From positions 52,803-116,802 of IMG/VR virus record IMGVR_UViG_3300010413_000004: a stretch of DNA of 64,000 bases; one strand, given 5' to 3'. Under the pieces are notes generated by a model that saw only the letters and a list, made by a program, of their open reading frames with translations, had not been told where the DNA came from and made no database searches. Shown piece after piece: positions 21,788 through 31,821 of this stretch. A program made the position numbers and the translations under genes. The DNA is from a virus. Position 1 is the first letter of the stretch. Each line of letters begins with the position of its first letter.

Positions 21788-22645
21788 TTATCTCTTATAT
21801 TTGGTTTGAATTGTGTTTATAATATCATCAATTAAGTACTCATCTTCAGCGACTGAAGTACTTTTTGTTGTTTCATGAATAAGATCCCAGTTAATATCAA
21901 CATCCAGACCTTCGTCCATTGAAGGGTCGATTTTGAAGTTACCTGAAGATAGAGCATTGCGACCAACCAAAATAGGAAATTCCATCTTTCCTCGATCATT
22001 TAGGTTGAAAAGCACGTTGTTCAATAACTTACCATTTATCTTCACGTTAAGTTCAATTACAGGTCGATACTCTGTTCTACCATCTGATGTTCTAACTGAT
22101 TGGGTGTCAACTAAACTTGCAGTGATAACATTGTTAGATAGTTCTGGACACGAAAACTGAACCGAATCATTCATAACTTTCCAGCCATCAGCGTGCAATG
22201 AACATATATCAGCACCAGTGTCTACTTTTCCTTTCATTGGAGAGCTTCCAGGGATATTAGTAATCTTAATTTCAACTGTACTACCAATGAAGTTATCATT
22301 ACCGTTGCCAACTTGATCTTCTTTGATTGGAATGTTCCCTCTAGCAACATTCATCGATCGAACATCATAAGGAACCATGCGATTCTTTGGTGTGAACCCC
22401 CATAAGAATAATATCCAGTGGTTTAGACCGACTTCGTTGATATTATCTCCCAGTTGTTTCAACAAGGCAGGAGACGTAGAATACACTACAACCGCTTTAT
22501 AATTGCGCTTGATCATGTCCTCAATGGAGTACTGAGATGATGATCTAATTTTGTATGGGATACCGGAAACAGTAAAACTTTCAGGAAAGTCAAAATTGCC
22601 TCCAATAAAATCATGTTTGATATCGTCGAGTGTTTCGTATTCCAT
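21788..22645 (-). CDS. RimK-associated retropepsin-like (Zn_protease) protein with N-terminal extension
   Basis: 'KVDTGADICSLHA...RPVI...FNLNDR..M.FPILVGRN.L'. Confidence 0.8.
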   Translation of the reverse strand: MEYETLDDIKHDFIGGNFDFPESFTVSGIPYKIRSSSQYSIEDMIKRNYKAVVVYSTSPALLKQLGDNINEVGLNHWILFLWGFTPKNRMVPYDVRSMNVARGNIPIKEDQVGNGNDNFIGSTVEIKITNIPGSSPMKGKVDTGADICSLHADGWKVMNDSVQFSCPELSNNVITASLVDTQSVRTSDGRTEYRPVIELNVKINGKLLNNVLFNLNDRGKMEFPILVGRNALSSGNFKIDPSMDEGLDVDINWDLIHETTKSTSVAEDEYLIDDIINTIQTKYKR

Positions 22646-23307
22646 TAAATGCTCCGATTAAATTCGTCAATCCGCTGAAGTAGAGGTTTGATATACTTAT
22701 CGATTTTTTCCTTAAAAACGAGAGGAACCATACCATTCTCCACATACATAAGAATCACAATATCTTCGATTGACTCACCAGTAAGCTCGTGCCACATAAT
22801 AGCGTATGCTGTACACTGTAAGAAATAATCTTCAATATTTTCGCGTTTTTTGTTGTTGTTTGAAGTCTTAAAGTCAACAATGGACAATACTCCTTCATAT
22901 TCCCCAATAAGGTCAACGCGACCCGCAACTCCAAGCGTGTCACTCCACAAAGCAACTTCTTGTCTACGTATGTTGGATATGTGGTTTAGGCGAAATTTGA
23001 GTTGATTGAAGCCACGAACATACTCCGATTTATATCCTCTCGTGAAGTCTTGTTCATTGTTGAGGTAGCGCTCAATCAACTCATGAATTGCGGTGCCTCT
23101 GTCAGCACACCGTTTTTGTTCCTGTTTGGCTTTTTTATCTCCTAGCATGTTCCGCCAATTTTCTAGCCACGGTTTATCTTTGTGGCCTAGAACTGTTGTG
23201 ATTGACGGATACTCTTCCCCTTCGGGCGTCGTATAATAACGCTTTCCAGCGGGCGTTTGCCTAGAGCTAATTTCTGCGATTTTCGGGGTATCTACGTGAT
23301 TGAACAT
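22645..23307 (-). CDS. PD-(D/E)XK exonuclease (Cas4-like phage exonuclease)
   Basis: 'YPSITTVL', 'RGTAIH', 'AGRVD', 'DFKTS', 'Q..AYA'. An upstream TTG start at 23331 is also possible. Confidence 0.88.
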   Translation of the reverse strand: MFNHVDTPKIAEISSRQTPAGKRYYTTPEGEEYPSITTVLGHKDKPWLENWRNMLGDKKAKQEQKRCADRGTAIHELIERYLNNEQDFTRGYKSEYVRGFNQLKFRLNHISNIRRQEVALWSDTLGVAGRVDLIGEYEGVLSIVDFKTSNNNKKRENIEDYFLQCTAYAIMWHELTGESIEDIVILMYVENGMVPLVFKEKIDKYIKPLLQRIDEFNRSI

Positions 23308-23354
23308 GTAGTATTTATCCTTCTTAGACAAGGAGGATAAGATAAACGACTAGG

Positions 23355-23681
23355 TTATTTGCCAGCTAGTCGCTTATTCATACGGGCAACCATTCTTGAG
23401 GCCGATGTCTTTTTTGTGATCTTCGATTGGCGAGCAATTGATCCTTTTTTCGCACGCATCACTTTACGTCCAATTCGTACACGCTTTGGGTCTTTGCGTG
23501 CAGCACAATCACCAGGGTTGGCTACCAACTTACCTTCTTTAGAACCTGCTAAGCAACGGTATTTTTGTTTGAGCGTGTCGCCTACTCGTTTCCATTGACG
23601 AATTGACGCTTCGCTTAGAGGGATTCCATCATCGCCAACGTATACAATTTCACATTCACAGAAAATTTCATCTAACGTCAC
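23355..23681 (-). CDS. Basic hypothetical protein, probable head-internal protein
   Basis: K/R-rich; 'YRC..G.K.G..V.....C'. Confidence 0.55.
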   Translation of the reverse strand: MTLDEIFCECEIVYVGDDGIPLSEASIRQWKRVGDTLKQKYRCLAGSKEGKLVANPGDCAARKDPKRVRIGRKVMRAKKGSIARQSKITKKTSASRMVARMNKRLAGK

Positions 23682-24298
23682 TGCGCTCCTCCCCCACTTG
23701 TTTGGGCCATTTTTGCGCGACGATCTTCAAGTTGTTTGATCTGCATTCGTAATGCTGCGATTTTTGCAGTGATTGGATCACCTTCCTTTTGTGCGATCTC
23801 GCGTTCTTTTCGAGCATCAATCATCTCTTGACGTCCTGCACGCTGAGGATCGCGTTTTACAGCTGCAATCTCTTGCTTTGTCTTCGTCGGATCTTCAGGG
23901 TCAATCGCTATTGTTACTTCACGTTCGGTAATCAGAAAATCTTTGAATGTTAGCGATTCGTTGGTTTGGTGATTTGTTTGTTTGCGTTCCTTTTCTTGCT
24001 TTTGTTGCTCAGGCTCAAGATCCGGTTCTTTTTGCATGTCTCTTTCTGTTTCCGTTTCATGCTTTTCGGTTCCTTCGTGACGTGCAATTTCAATAGCGTT
24101 TCTCAAATACTTGATAGCCCTAGCGCCAACACGTGTGCGAATATTAACAGTCTTAACATCTGCAGCATCTTCAGTACCTTTGATGACACGAATAACACGA
24201 GCAATCGTATTTGGTTCCAGTCCAAACACAACACGCAGAGTTTCTTTCATTAAACCAATGTTCGCTTCGCCAGCATTCTCATCTAGTTGATATTCCAT
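23678..24298 (-). CDS. Hypothetical protein, probable head-internal protein
   Basis: 206 aa, highly charged; translationally coupled to its neighbours. Confidence 0.55.
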   Translation of the reverse strand: MEYQLDENAGEANIGLMKETLRVVFGLEPNTIARVIRVIKGTEDAADVKTVNIRTRVGARAIKYLRNAIEIARHEGTEKHETETERDMQKEPDLEPEQQKQEKERKQTNHQTNESLTFKDFLITEREVTIAIDPEDPTKTKQEIAAVKRDPQRAGRQEMIDARKEREIAQKEGDPITAKIAALRMQIKQLEDRRAKMAQTSGGGAQ

Positions 24299-25320
24299 TA
24301 ATTTGCTCTCAGTCTATTAAAGATGAGCTCTGCAAGCTCGTCAGTGGTGATAGTATCATCATCCTCTTCTTCGTCATCCTTTTCTTCTTTTGCGTCAGCT
24401 GATTCCATGGACAGAGAAGCATTTGCATCCTTTGCCAAATCATGTTTGTATTTTGCAAGTTTTGCTAATTGTTTTGCCTCTTTTTCCTGGTCGGCTTTAT
24501 CTTTGTAGTATGCTTCCATGTCAAGAACTTCCTCTTCTTGACTAACTTTCGAAGCAGCAGCTTGAGCAGCATATTCAGCCTCTTTGGCGTTGGCTTCAGC
24601 TTCTTTTGCTCTTGCCTCAGCTGTTTTTGATTCTGCGTCTGCTTTCAGTAAGTCAATTACTTGCTGTAGAGCAGATTTAGCCGCTTCTTCATCAGAAGCA
24701 CCTTGATCTTCACCTTCTCCATCAAGTCCTAACTCATCCTCACCACCAAGGTCAGCTTCAGCACCAAGATCACCCTCATCGTCCATACCAGTCTCATCAC
24801 CGACGACTTCTTGTTCCTCTTCTTCATCACCCTCGATTGTTGGCCATTCCACATTCACAATTTCGAATTTATCTTTGAGCTTGAAGATTACTTCAGCAAT
24901 TTCAGCAGCACTATTCTCATCGTCGTCGTTTTCGTCATTACCTGCTAGCATATCAGAAAGAGCGTGTTCAAAATCATCTGCTTGTTCAGATTTTACATAT
25001 ACCTTGACCAAGTTTCCATCTTCATCCTCTAGACCAAAGGCAGTAGTATCTTTGTCAATCTTCGACTTCTTCTCAGCATCATCGAGTTTTGAAATTACAT
25101 CAGCGGGACTGTAGTCATTCTTTCCAAGATCCACGCCCAACCCCTCGCCAATTATGTGATAATTTGCAATGCGTCGCATTAATTTGAGTTGGCGTTTTCT
25201 TGCTTGCTTGAGGTCGATTATGCCTCCACCAAAAAGAGACCCTCGAGTATTAGCAATTGCTCCAGCGCCGGTCGCTCCAGATGCAGCTGCTTCTTTCATG
25301 AGATATTCGATTAACGACAT
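24298..25320 (-). CDS. Acidic coiled-coil protein (possible scaffold/head-internal protein)
   Basis: 340 aa, D/E/A-rich; late promoter CATAAATA at 25350-25357; GAGG SD. Confidence 0.6.
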   Translation of the reverse strand: MSLIEYLMKEAAASGATGAGAIANTRGSLFGGGIIDLKQARKRQLKLMRRIANYHIIGEGLGVDLGKNDYSPADVISKLDDAEKKSKIDKDTTAFGLEDEDGNLVKVYVKSEQADDFEHALSDMLAGNDENDDDENSAAEIAEVIFKLKDKFEIVNVEWPTIEGDEEEEQEVVGDETGMDDEGDLGAEADLGGEDELGLDGEGEDQGASDEEAAKSALQQVIDLLKADAESKTAEARAKEAEANAKEAEYAAQAAASKVSQEEEVLDMEAYYKDKADQEKEAKQLAKLAKYKHDLAKDANASLSMESADAKEEKDDEEEDDDTITTDELAELIFNRLRAN

Positions 25321-25352
25321 GTATTGTATTCCTCATTAATATTTTGAGGTAT

Positions 25353-26798
25353 TTATGGCTGGTGGATTGCTTTTAACTGTTTTTCGTAGAGAATACCCAA
25401 AATATCTTGAATCGTATCAGCTTCTTTGCTAATTCGAGTGACCAACTGCATCAAGAACGCGTGATAATTGGCAAACGATTCGTTGGTTCTTATGTATATC
25501 TCTTCGGTGTGTCTAATAGTAACACCATTTTCTAGAGTGTGATTGAGCATTTGCCACAAATCATTGTAGTTAAGTCGAAGATATCGCAAGTGAACTATAG
25601 CATCAGCTAATGCTGAAAACACTTGTTGTTTAGCATCATCAAAACTGATATCAATGTTCGCAACGATATTGTTCAGCGTGTCCTGCTCTGAATCACCTTT
25701 ATGTTTCATGATTGCTTGCCTGATTGTCATTATATGACCCAATTTTTCATTGCGAAAGTGCTGGGCTATATTGGATAACATTTTGTTGTGAATATCACCT
25801 TCGAATCGATTTTTGATTCCAAACGTTTCTCGGTTGCGCACTGTGTTTTTGATTAAATTCCGCACAGAGTGGTTAAACTGATTGATAATGGTGAAGGTTT
25901 GCTTATCCACAATTTTAACCATGTCGCCGCTAACGTTATGTCGTAACACAACGCCCTCTATTCCAATATCCTCATGTGGTTCTATGTCAACAGTTTGGAA
26001 AGTTGGTTTCTGTGTCTGCAATACGTGAGTTACTAGTAGGTTCTTGATTGGTAGCATGAAACGTTCTTTTGCAACGGTACGTGCTTCTTCTCTAGCAATT
26101 TGATGCTGTTTACGGTTTGCAACAGGAATGCAATTCAACTTAACGTTGATAACATCTTCGTTTGTAACACTCTCAACTTTTGATGGTTGTGAGAGCCATT
26201 CCTCAAACTCATCTAATAATGTGTATAGAGGTACTTGCTCAATCACACCACTTTGCAATGTTGGGACTTCATTAAATCTCCATGTTGTTGTCTCTGAAAT
26301 AGTATGGAATTTCAGTGAGGCATCAGGGTCGAGTCTAATCATATCTGTGACGACATACAACCTTACGTTTCTGAGCATTGTTGCTAACAATTCGATTTTT
26401 GAGGTAGCTGGAATCGTTTTAGCGTCTCCAAGAAGATGTCGCAACATTACCATTCGATTATCGCCATATACAATAGCATTTGGTTGTCGACCAAATAAAA
26501 CCTCTATCTCGATGGCTTCACCTTTATCAAGGACACGTTTAATAATGTCTTGAGCACGCACAATTGCAGCATGTGCACTTTTAAACCCATTCATGCTAGC
26601 AGTGTCTGGGAAATCAGAAACGTCATAGAATCGTTCGCCAAGTTTACCCTCACGACTAGTGTATACTTCACCATTAAGATCCACACCGAAGGCAAATTGT
26701 GCACCATCTAACTTTTCTGAAATTGTGTATTCATTGATATTACGCAGCGTCTGTACAAATGCTGTAGGTGTAAGGTCTTCTATATGTTTTATACTCAT
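25353..26798 (-). CDS. ATP-dependent ligase-like nucleotidyltransferase (RNA ligase superfamily)
   Basis: Motif I 'SEKLDG', motif IV 'EGVV', motif V 'VKIVD'; N-terminal 'HIEDL'. Confidence 0.65.
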   Translation of the reverse strand: MSIKHIEDLTPTAFVQTLRNINEYTISEKLDGAQFAFGVDLNGEVYTSREGKLGERFYDVSDFPDTASMNGFKSAHAAIVRAQDIIKRVLDKGEAIEIEVLFGRQPNAIVYGDNRMVMLRHLLGDAKTIPATSKIELLATMLRNVRLYVVTDMIRLDPDASLKFHTISETTTWRFNEVPTLQSGVIEQVPLYTLLDEFEEWLSQPSKVESVTNEDVINVKLNCIPVANRKQHQIAREEARTVAKERFMLPIKNLLVTHVLQTQKPTFQTVDIEPHEDIGIEGVVLRHNVSGDMVKIVDKQTFTIINQFNHSVRNLIKNTVRNRETFGIKNRFEGDIHNKMLSNIAQHFRNEKLGHIMTIRQAIMKHKGDSEQDTLNNIVANIDISFDDAKQQVFSALADAIVHLRYLRLNYNDLWQMLNHTLENGVTIRHTEEIYIRTNESFANYHAFLMQLVTRISKEADTIQDILGILYEKQLKAIHQP

Positions 26799-26810
26799 AT
26801 TATCACCAAT

Positions 26811-26835
26811 AAAAAAGCCCCAGTGGGGCTTTTTT
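26811..26835 (-). terminator. Intrinsic terminator
   Basis: AAAAAGCCCC-ACT-GGGGCTTTTTT. Confidence 0.8.
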
Positions 26836-27137
26836 CATTTTTCAACTAGATTGTCTAGTTTGAATGTTCGCCACTTTAAAAGTGACTTATCTGTTGCTGG
26901 AGACGTTTGTTCGAGCCAGTCACCAAAACTATAAATGCGAGATTGCATCAGTTCATAGTATTCTGCATATTGAGCAAGCAATGCTTCCAACTCTTTCTGG
27001 TCTGATTCAGAAAGAGTTGTGACGTCCAACGCTTTTACATTCTTGGATGGAACAAAGGTAGGAATAATAACTCGCTCCGATACTTCTCCACTGGCTTTGG
27101 TATATTCGACCTTGGTGGCCTTACTCTGCATCAGCAT
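26835..27137 (-). CDS. WYL/SH3-like beta-barrel protein
   Basis: 'VEYTKASGEVSER.IIP...KALD...WRTFKLDNL'. Confidence 0.55.
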   Translation of the reverse strand: MLMQSKATKVEYTKASGEVSERVIIPTFVPSKNVKALDVTTLSESDQKELEALLAQYAEYYELMQSRIYSFGDWLEQTSPATDKSLLKWRTFKLDNLVEK

Positions 27138-27402
27138 CGGCTTTCTCTGTCACAGTTTCATCAACAATATCCACTTCCTTCGCATTCTCTTGAGCAAGTT
27201 CCGCACGAATTTGGTTAATGATTTGGCGCGACAAATTTTCCTTTGCTGATTGCAGGATAAACAGATTATCTCTGGCGTCAGCTTCTTTCTGATTCCATTC
27301 GTTGTACGTGGCAACCAAATGCTTGCAAGCATCTGAAAGATCGTCGACTGCATACTCGACGTTGTCAACATTCAAAATTTTAATATCGTTTACTTTTGGC
27401 AT
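27121..27402 (-). CDS. Small coiled-coil protein (DUF6447-like)
   Basis: 'ILNVDNVEYAVDDLSD.CK.LV'; AGGAG SD. Confidence 0.55.
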   Translation of the reverse strand: MPKVNDIKILNVDNVEYAVDDLSDACKHLVATYNEWNQKEADARDNLFILQSAKENLSRQIINQIRAELAQENAKEVDIVDETVTEKADADAE

Positions 27403-27428
27403 GTAATTCTCCTGTTAATTATAGTATT

Positions 27429-28751
27429 TTAATTTGTTCCTGATAATAAGTCAAGGAGTCCCGAGCCAGAAGGCTTATCCATTTCGATGGTTTCGGGTAT
27501 TGTGTTTCCTTTTCCTGAATTGAACATTTTTGGTTTGTTGTTATCTTCTCTATCTAGTATTCGTAGGTGTTTGCTATCCCATCTGAGATAAATGGTTGCA
27601 CCAACACCATCACTATTTCTGGTTTTTTGTAGAATGAATACGATTTCTCCTGCTGCTCGCATTTGTTCAGTCATAATAATTGACCAGTATACGTCTGCTA
27701 CGTTAATCTTACTAATACCACCAGCAATTTGACTATGATCGTGTTGTGTTGCTCCAACAGCACTTCTATTGAGCTGTGATGCTGTAGCGCCAAACATGTT
27801 GTAATCGACCAGGATGTCACGCAGTTGCTCCGAACAACGCTTATCTTTTTCGAATACATTATCTGCCGATACCCGCTCATTTGGAGACATGTTATCGAGG
27901 TAATCCACAATTAATAGATCAGGCATCATGTCATAGTGCAGATAGAATTCTTTGAGATATGCACGAATTTGATTTGCTGATGTGCCAGAAGGCATTTGAA
28001 TGATATCCAAAATACCACTCTCATCTCGTTTCGATCTCAGAGTTGTCGACAGTTCACTGACGTGTTGCTTCCAGTCTCGCCGGCTTATACCTGTGAACAT
28101 AGTATCGAATCGTTGTGCCACAACGTCTTCAGAAAGCTCAAGAGATATGTATAGTACATTCTTGCCCTTATTTACAAAGTTAAATGCAATGTTTGCAAGG
28201 GTAATTGATTTACCACCACCAGAGTTAGCAGATACCAATAGCAGTTCTTTCCGAGAGATGCCACCGAATAGTTTTTCATCCACTTCAGCCCACCCTAGAC
28301 TTTCAGTGTGGTTTTCTGTTAACATTCTTTCGAAACGACCGTCAATATCATCGAAATAACGCAGACCAAGATCTCGGTTAAGAGAAACCATGATCGCATC
28401 AACTATTTTCTTCTGTACCGTTCCATAATCGCCTTTGTTTATTAACTCTGGTGAGGCTAGAATAGCTTTCTCTAATGCTCTACGTTTACAAAACGTTTCG
28501 ATCTCATCAGCACAGTAAGATACTTGGTCGGGACTAATTGGTTGAATAGATAAGTCAACACCTGTCTCAGCCGCTACTTGTTTTGCGCTGGGAGTGGTAT
28601 GATATGACTCATAATAGTCTTTGACAAAATCGACAGTTTGGCGAAACTCTGGATCAAAGTAATCTGATTGAACTATACCTTGACACAATGCAAACGTATC
28701 TGTGGATGACAAGAGATACTCGAGTAGTAGCTTTTGCTTCTCGCTAGTCAT
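27429..28751 (-). CDS. Replicative DnaB/gp41-like helicase
   Basis: Walker A 'ANSGGGKS', 'YISLEL', 'IVDYLD', 'ASQLNR', 'KTRN'. Confidence 0.93.
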   Translation of the reverse strand: MTSEKQKLLLEYLLSSTDTFALCQGIVQSDYFDPEFRQTVDFVKDYYESYHTTPSAKQVAAETGVDLSIQPISPDQVSYCADEIETFCKRRALEKAILASPELINKGDYGTVQKKIVDAIMVSLNRDLGLRYFDDIDGRFERMLTENHTESLGWAEVDEKLFGGISRKELLLVSANSGGGKSITLANIAFNFVNKGKNVLYISLELSEDVVAQRFDTMFTGISRRDWKQHVSELSTTLRSKRDESGILDIIQMPSGTSANQIRAYLKEFYLHYDMMPDLLIVDYLDNMSPNERVSADNVFEKDKRCSEQLRDILVDYNMFGATASQLNRSAVGATQHDHSQIAGGISKINVADVYWSIIMTEQMRAAGEIVFILQKTRNSDGVGATIYLRWDSKHLRILDREDNNKPKMFNSGKGNTIPETIEMDKPSGSGLLDLLSGTN

Positions 28752-28775
28752 GCATATTCCTTATTGTTATTATTT

Positions 28776-29756
28776 TTATGTTGTTCGTATTGGTGGGTAT
28801 ACGGACTGGACTGCACTATCTACAACATAGAATTCACCACTATCATAGTATAACGCAAATGGATCTGTTACAACTGCAACGTCCACAAATCGTGTAGTTA
28901 TTTTGTCTACAGTTTCATGAGGTGAGGACGATAGCAACAATATAACTTCACTTGGCTGAATATCTCGATATCCAGTACTACCGCCATCAGTCGGGTTGAG
29001 ATGACTAAAGGTAAAGGTTGAACCAGTACTAATATCACCAGAAGTCATATCAGCTGTTACTCCATCAAAGCTTCTAACAGTATAGACTTTGCCCTTAACC
29101 ACAACTTTGTCGTAGTCAGACCAAGCTGAGTTAATAGATGGTTGGTTATCTACTGCGTACGACAAAATTTTTGTGTCGCCCTGAGTAGTGCTGTATGTGA
29201 GCTCAATTCCAACATAATTTGTCGCCGAACGCGTGGCTATTGTTATTTCGCCATTGTTCGATACTTGTAGTGGAGGGACAATAGTCGTTTCAGTGACCAC
29301 GATAGGTTGCAATAAATGTGGATCGGATTGTCTTGCGACTAATTGTGCAACTCCTGACCACGCGCGATCGAACACAACTGTTATAGTGTTCACGTCATTA
29401 ACGATGATATCTTGGGGGGTAATTTCTTCGAGGTGGTTAGGATCATCCAGAGTTGGACGCTTAACATAGACGAACACGGTTGGGAGTGTGCCTAAGTTGT
29501 GCGTGATAGTCCAGGATGTACGTTCAATAGTTTGTTCATGATCATACAGAACACGGCGTTGTTGCCAATTGTCTAGCCCAACTATATCAGGAGGAATTGA
29601 TCCTCTAACGTAATCTGGTAGTACTTTGGTCTGGTATAACTTTCCTCTGCAGCCGTGCGTGATAGTGCAGCGTTGAATTCGCTCAATGCCTTTTTCATTG
29701 CGTTGAATTTCAATTTCTCGCTTACACACATCACACTTATATACGACTATCGACAT
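28776..29756 (-). CDS. Hypothetical protein with N-terminal Zn ribbon and 'WTITHNLG' fibre-like motif
   Basis: CxxC...CxxxxxC; start reassigned to MSIVVY. Confidence 0.6.
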   Translation of the reverse strand: MSIVVYKCDVCKREIEIQRNEKGIERIQRCTITHGCRGKLYQTKVLPDYVRGSIPPDIVGLDNWQQRRVLYDHEQTIERTSWTITHNLGTLPTVFVYVKRPTLDDPNHLEEITPQDIIVNDVNTITVVFDRAWSGVAQLVARQSDPHLLQPIVVTETTIVPPLQVSNNGEITIATRSATNYVGIELTYSTTQGDTKILSYAVDNQPSINSAWSDYDKVVVKGKVYTVRSFDGVTADMTSGDISTGSTFTFSHLNPTDGGSTGYRDIQPSEVILLLSSSPHETVDKITTRFVDVAVVTDPFALYYDSGEFYVVDSAVQSVYPPIRTT

Positions 29757-29757
29757 G

Positions 29758-30060
29758 TTATTGGACCAATGCAATTCCTGATGTTTTTGAACGATAATAA
29801 TTGATCAAATCTTCTGGAACATCAACAACCTCGCCCATGATATGAAGCTTTTCCAGAGTTACGAAGCTTTCGAATTCGCCATCAGCAGCGGATGCTGACA
29901 CGATCCACGGCATTAGTTCTTGGCTAACTTGACCACCCGCCTGCATCAACACGAGTGAACGTGGACGCTTGAGGATGAATGTATCTTCGAGTTCTTCTTC
30001 GACTTCTGCAACGATTTCTTCGCTTGTTACCAACTTGAATACTTTAATGTTATCACTCAT
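29758..30060 (-). CDS. Sm-like fold phage protein
   Basis: 'IKVFKLVTSEEIVAEV...LKRP...PWI...Y...TSGI'. Confidence 0.65.
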   Translation of the reverse strand: MSDNIKVFKLVTSEEIVAEVEEELEDTFILKRPRSLVLMQAGGQVSQELMPWIVSASAADGEFESFVTLEKLHIMGEVVDVPEDLINYYRSKTSGIALVQ

Positions 30061-30081
30061 TGTAATTTCCTGTTATTATAT

Positions 30082-30312
30082 TTATAGTCTGATACCTATT
30101 GCATAGACATCCACAAAAATGAATCCAGTATTCAATACTATTAGTGGAAGGTCTCGTGTGCGTATAGCTACAACTGCCCACAGCAAGTGGCCCAAGAGAA
30201 ACCCAATGAATGCCCATGGATTAGCAGCAAGTGTAACTGATACTGACACCAATACGGCACTTACAAACATTGAAGTGGTGCCTATCCATTTCTGAATTGG
30301 TTGAATATGCAT
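30082..30312 (-). CDS. Small membrane protein
   Basis: 76 aa; three hydrophobic segments; 'KWIGT'. Confidence 0.6.
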   Translation of the reverse strand: MHIQPIQKWIGTTSMFVSAVLVSVSVTLAANPWAFIGFLLGHLLWAVVAIRTRDLPLIVLNTGFIFVDVYAIGIRL

Positions 30313-30344
30313 AGTATGTTGTTTTTGTTGTGGCGTGTATGATA

Positions 30345-30923
30345 CTACACGGTGGTAATGGTTGTCAACAAGTCTGAGTATTCTTCGTGAGCACTCGTGC
30401 GGACTGCATAGTAGTATGGTATGTTATATATGATGATTTCGGAACCTTTTTCAATTCCCTCAGACAAGTCTGTTGATGTATATGAAAATCTAAGGAGATC
30501 AGTTAGCACTTCGTTTCCTTTCTCGTCCCCAAGTTGCGCGAATACTGATTCGAACACTTGTTGATAGTCGTTGCTAGAATGCTGTACTTCGCTACTATAC
30601 ATATATTTGAATCCATCAACTGGAAATACATAAAAGGGTTCTAGCGACTGATCTGAGGAAGGTTCATATGACACGACTCCGTTAGCAAAGATCGCTCGCT
30701 GTCTTAGATCATAATGTTGTTTATCGAATGCCTCATTGAATGTTTCTGAGATGATATCAGGCTTACGCTTACGTACCTTCACCTTGTGGATATCAGCGTA
30801 ATCTTTTGGGAGATTGCGAATAATGGGTAACCCTCCAGATTCTGCTATGAATCTGGAACAGTGCAATCGTAGAGTGCGAAAGTCTTCTTGAGACTTTGAG
30901 TGGTATAATTCATTGAAGCGCAT
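30345..30923 (-). CDS. Hypothetical virion-associated protein (possibly ADP-ribosyltransferase-like fold)
   Basis: 'LRQRAIFA...YVFPVDGFKYMYS...EIII'; late promoter at 30929-30936, 5 nt before the ATG. Confidence 0.5.
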   Translation of the reverse strand: MRFNELYHSKSQEDFRTLRLHCSRFIAESGGLPIIRNLPKDYADIHKVKVRKRKPDIISETFNEAFDKQHYDLRQRAIFANGVVSYEPSSDQSLEPFYVFPVDGFKYMYSSEVQHSSNDYQQVFESVFAQLGDEKGNEVLTDLLRFSYTSTDLSEGIEKGSEIIIYNIPYYYAVRTSAHEEYSDLLTTITTV

Positions 30924-30951
30924 ACAGGTATTTATGCGCTAGGTTTTAAAG

Positions 30952-30974
30952 AAAAGGGGGCATAGCCCCTTTTT
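30952..30974 (-). terminator. Intrinsic terminator
   Basis: AAAAAGGGGC-TAT-GCCCCCTTTT. Confidence 0.75.
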
Positions 30975-31250
30975 CTATTTTGACGCCATCGCTTCGATGT
31001 CCGAGATGAATTCATTCGCTTGTTGAATGTATTTCGGAACGATGTACTTCGGTGAGCGCTGGATGTTGTCAACCAGGTAGCAGAATTCGACCTGTAGCTG
31101 GTACAGTGCCGTGGATTCTGTCTGCCCGTTCTTGTGCTTGACACGAACAGCTTTGTTGCCGAGAGCGTTGGAAGCCTTATTGGTGGCTTTTGCAAAGGCG
31201 CGAGTGAGATAGTTAACAACATCTACGACGTTAATGTCATTATCAGCCAT
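30975..31250 (-). CDS. Hypothetical protein
   Basis: Start reassigned to MADND (GGAG SD); TTGACG-N17-GAGAAT promoter-like element upstream. Confidence 0.6.
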   Translation of the reverse strand: MADNDINVVDVVNYLTRAFAKATNKASNALGNKAVRVKHKNGQTESTALYQLQVEFCYLVDNIQRSPKYIVPKYIQQANEFISDIEAMASK

Positions 31251-31350
31251 AATGATATTTCTCCAAATTGGATTTAAAAAGTTGAGAATTCGTCTCAACA
31301 CCACTGTATCAACGATACGAATCCTATTCTCAACGGATTGAATTGGGTCG

Positions 31351-31539
31351 TCAACGTTTTTCTTGTGACGTATTGTTGGTCACAATGATAGAAGAGTCTA
31401 TATCTTGAAGTATTTTGAAAGCATTGATGTACACATCGTTCACATTATGGTGATCGATCAGTGGTTCTATTTGCTCACAAAACGTCAGCAGATGAAATTC
31501 TAAGTAGTTGACCAGCGCGTCTTTTTCTGATGATGTCAT
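31351..31539 (-). CDS. Small hypothetical protein
   Basis: 62 aa; TATAAATA at 31545-31552, 5 nt before the ATG. Confidence 0.45.
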   Translation of the reverse strand: MTSSEKDALVNYLEFHLLTFCEQIEPLIDHHNVNDVYINAFKILQDIDSSIIVTNNTSQEKR

Positions 31540-31821
31540 GCAAGTATTTATACTAAAATTTTAACTACAAAAAACGCTACACAACTTGTTGACTTCCGTG
31601 GCTCATTTCCGTATTGTCGCGCCCACAAAATGATAATTATAAATAGAAGTCGTCACTCAACGAAAATCAAATGAGCTTACATTCCGTCGCGAATTGTACG
31701 TGTACTGCACTTCATATCTCCGCATCCGCAGATCTGTGCGCATAGTGACATTATATAAAAACCACACGTTGAGTGTTTCAACTCAACCCTTTGATTCTAT
31801 TAATATTGGAGAATAACAATA

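Noticed and set aside
22645-23331. Cas4 / CRISPR-Cas system
   Set aside because: Ordinary phage PD-(D/E)XK exonuclease; no repeat-spacer array or other cas genes are visible in the window.
31575-31595. NrdR box upstream of nrdA
   Set aside because: CTACACAACTTGTTG is too poor a match to the NrdR palindrome to call.
31671-31748. Second amber-containing leader ORF before nrdA (MSLHSVANC...CA-TAG)
   Set aside because: No SD, TAG is immediately followed by TGA, and there is no arrest motif or anti-SD pairing.
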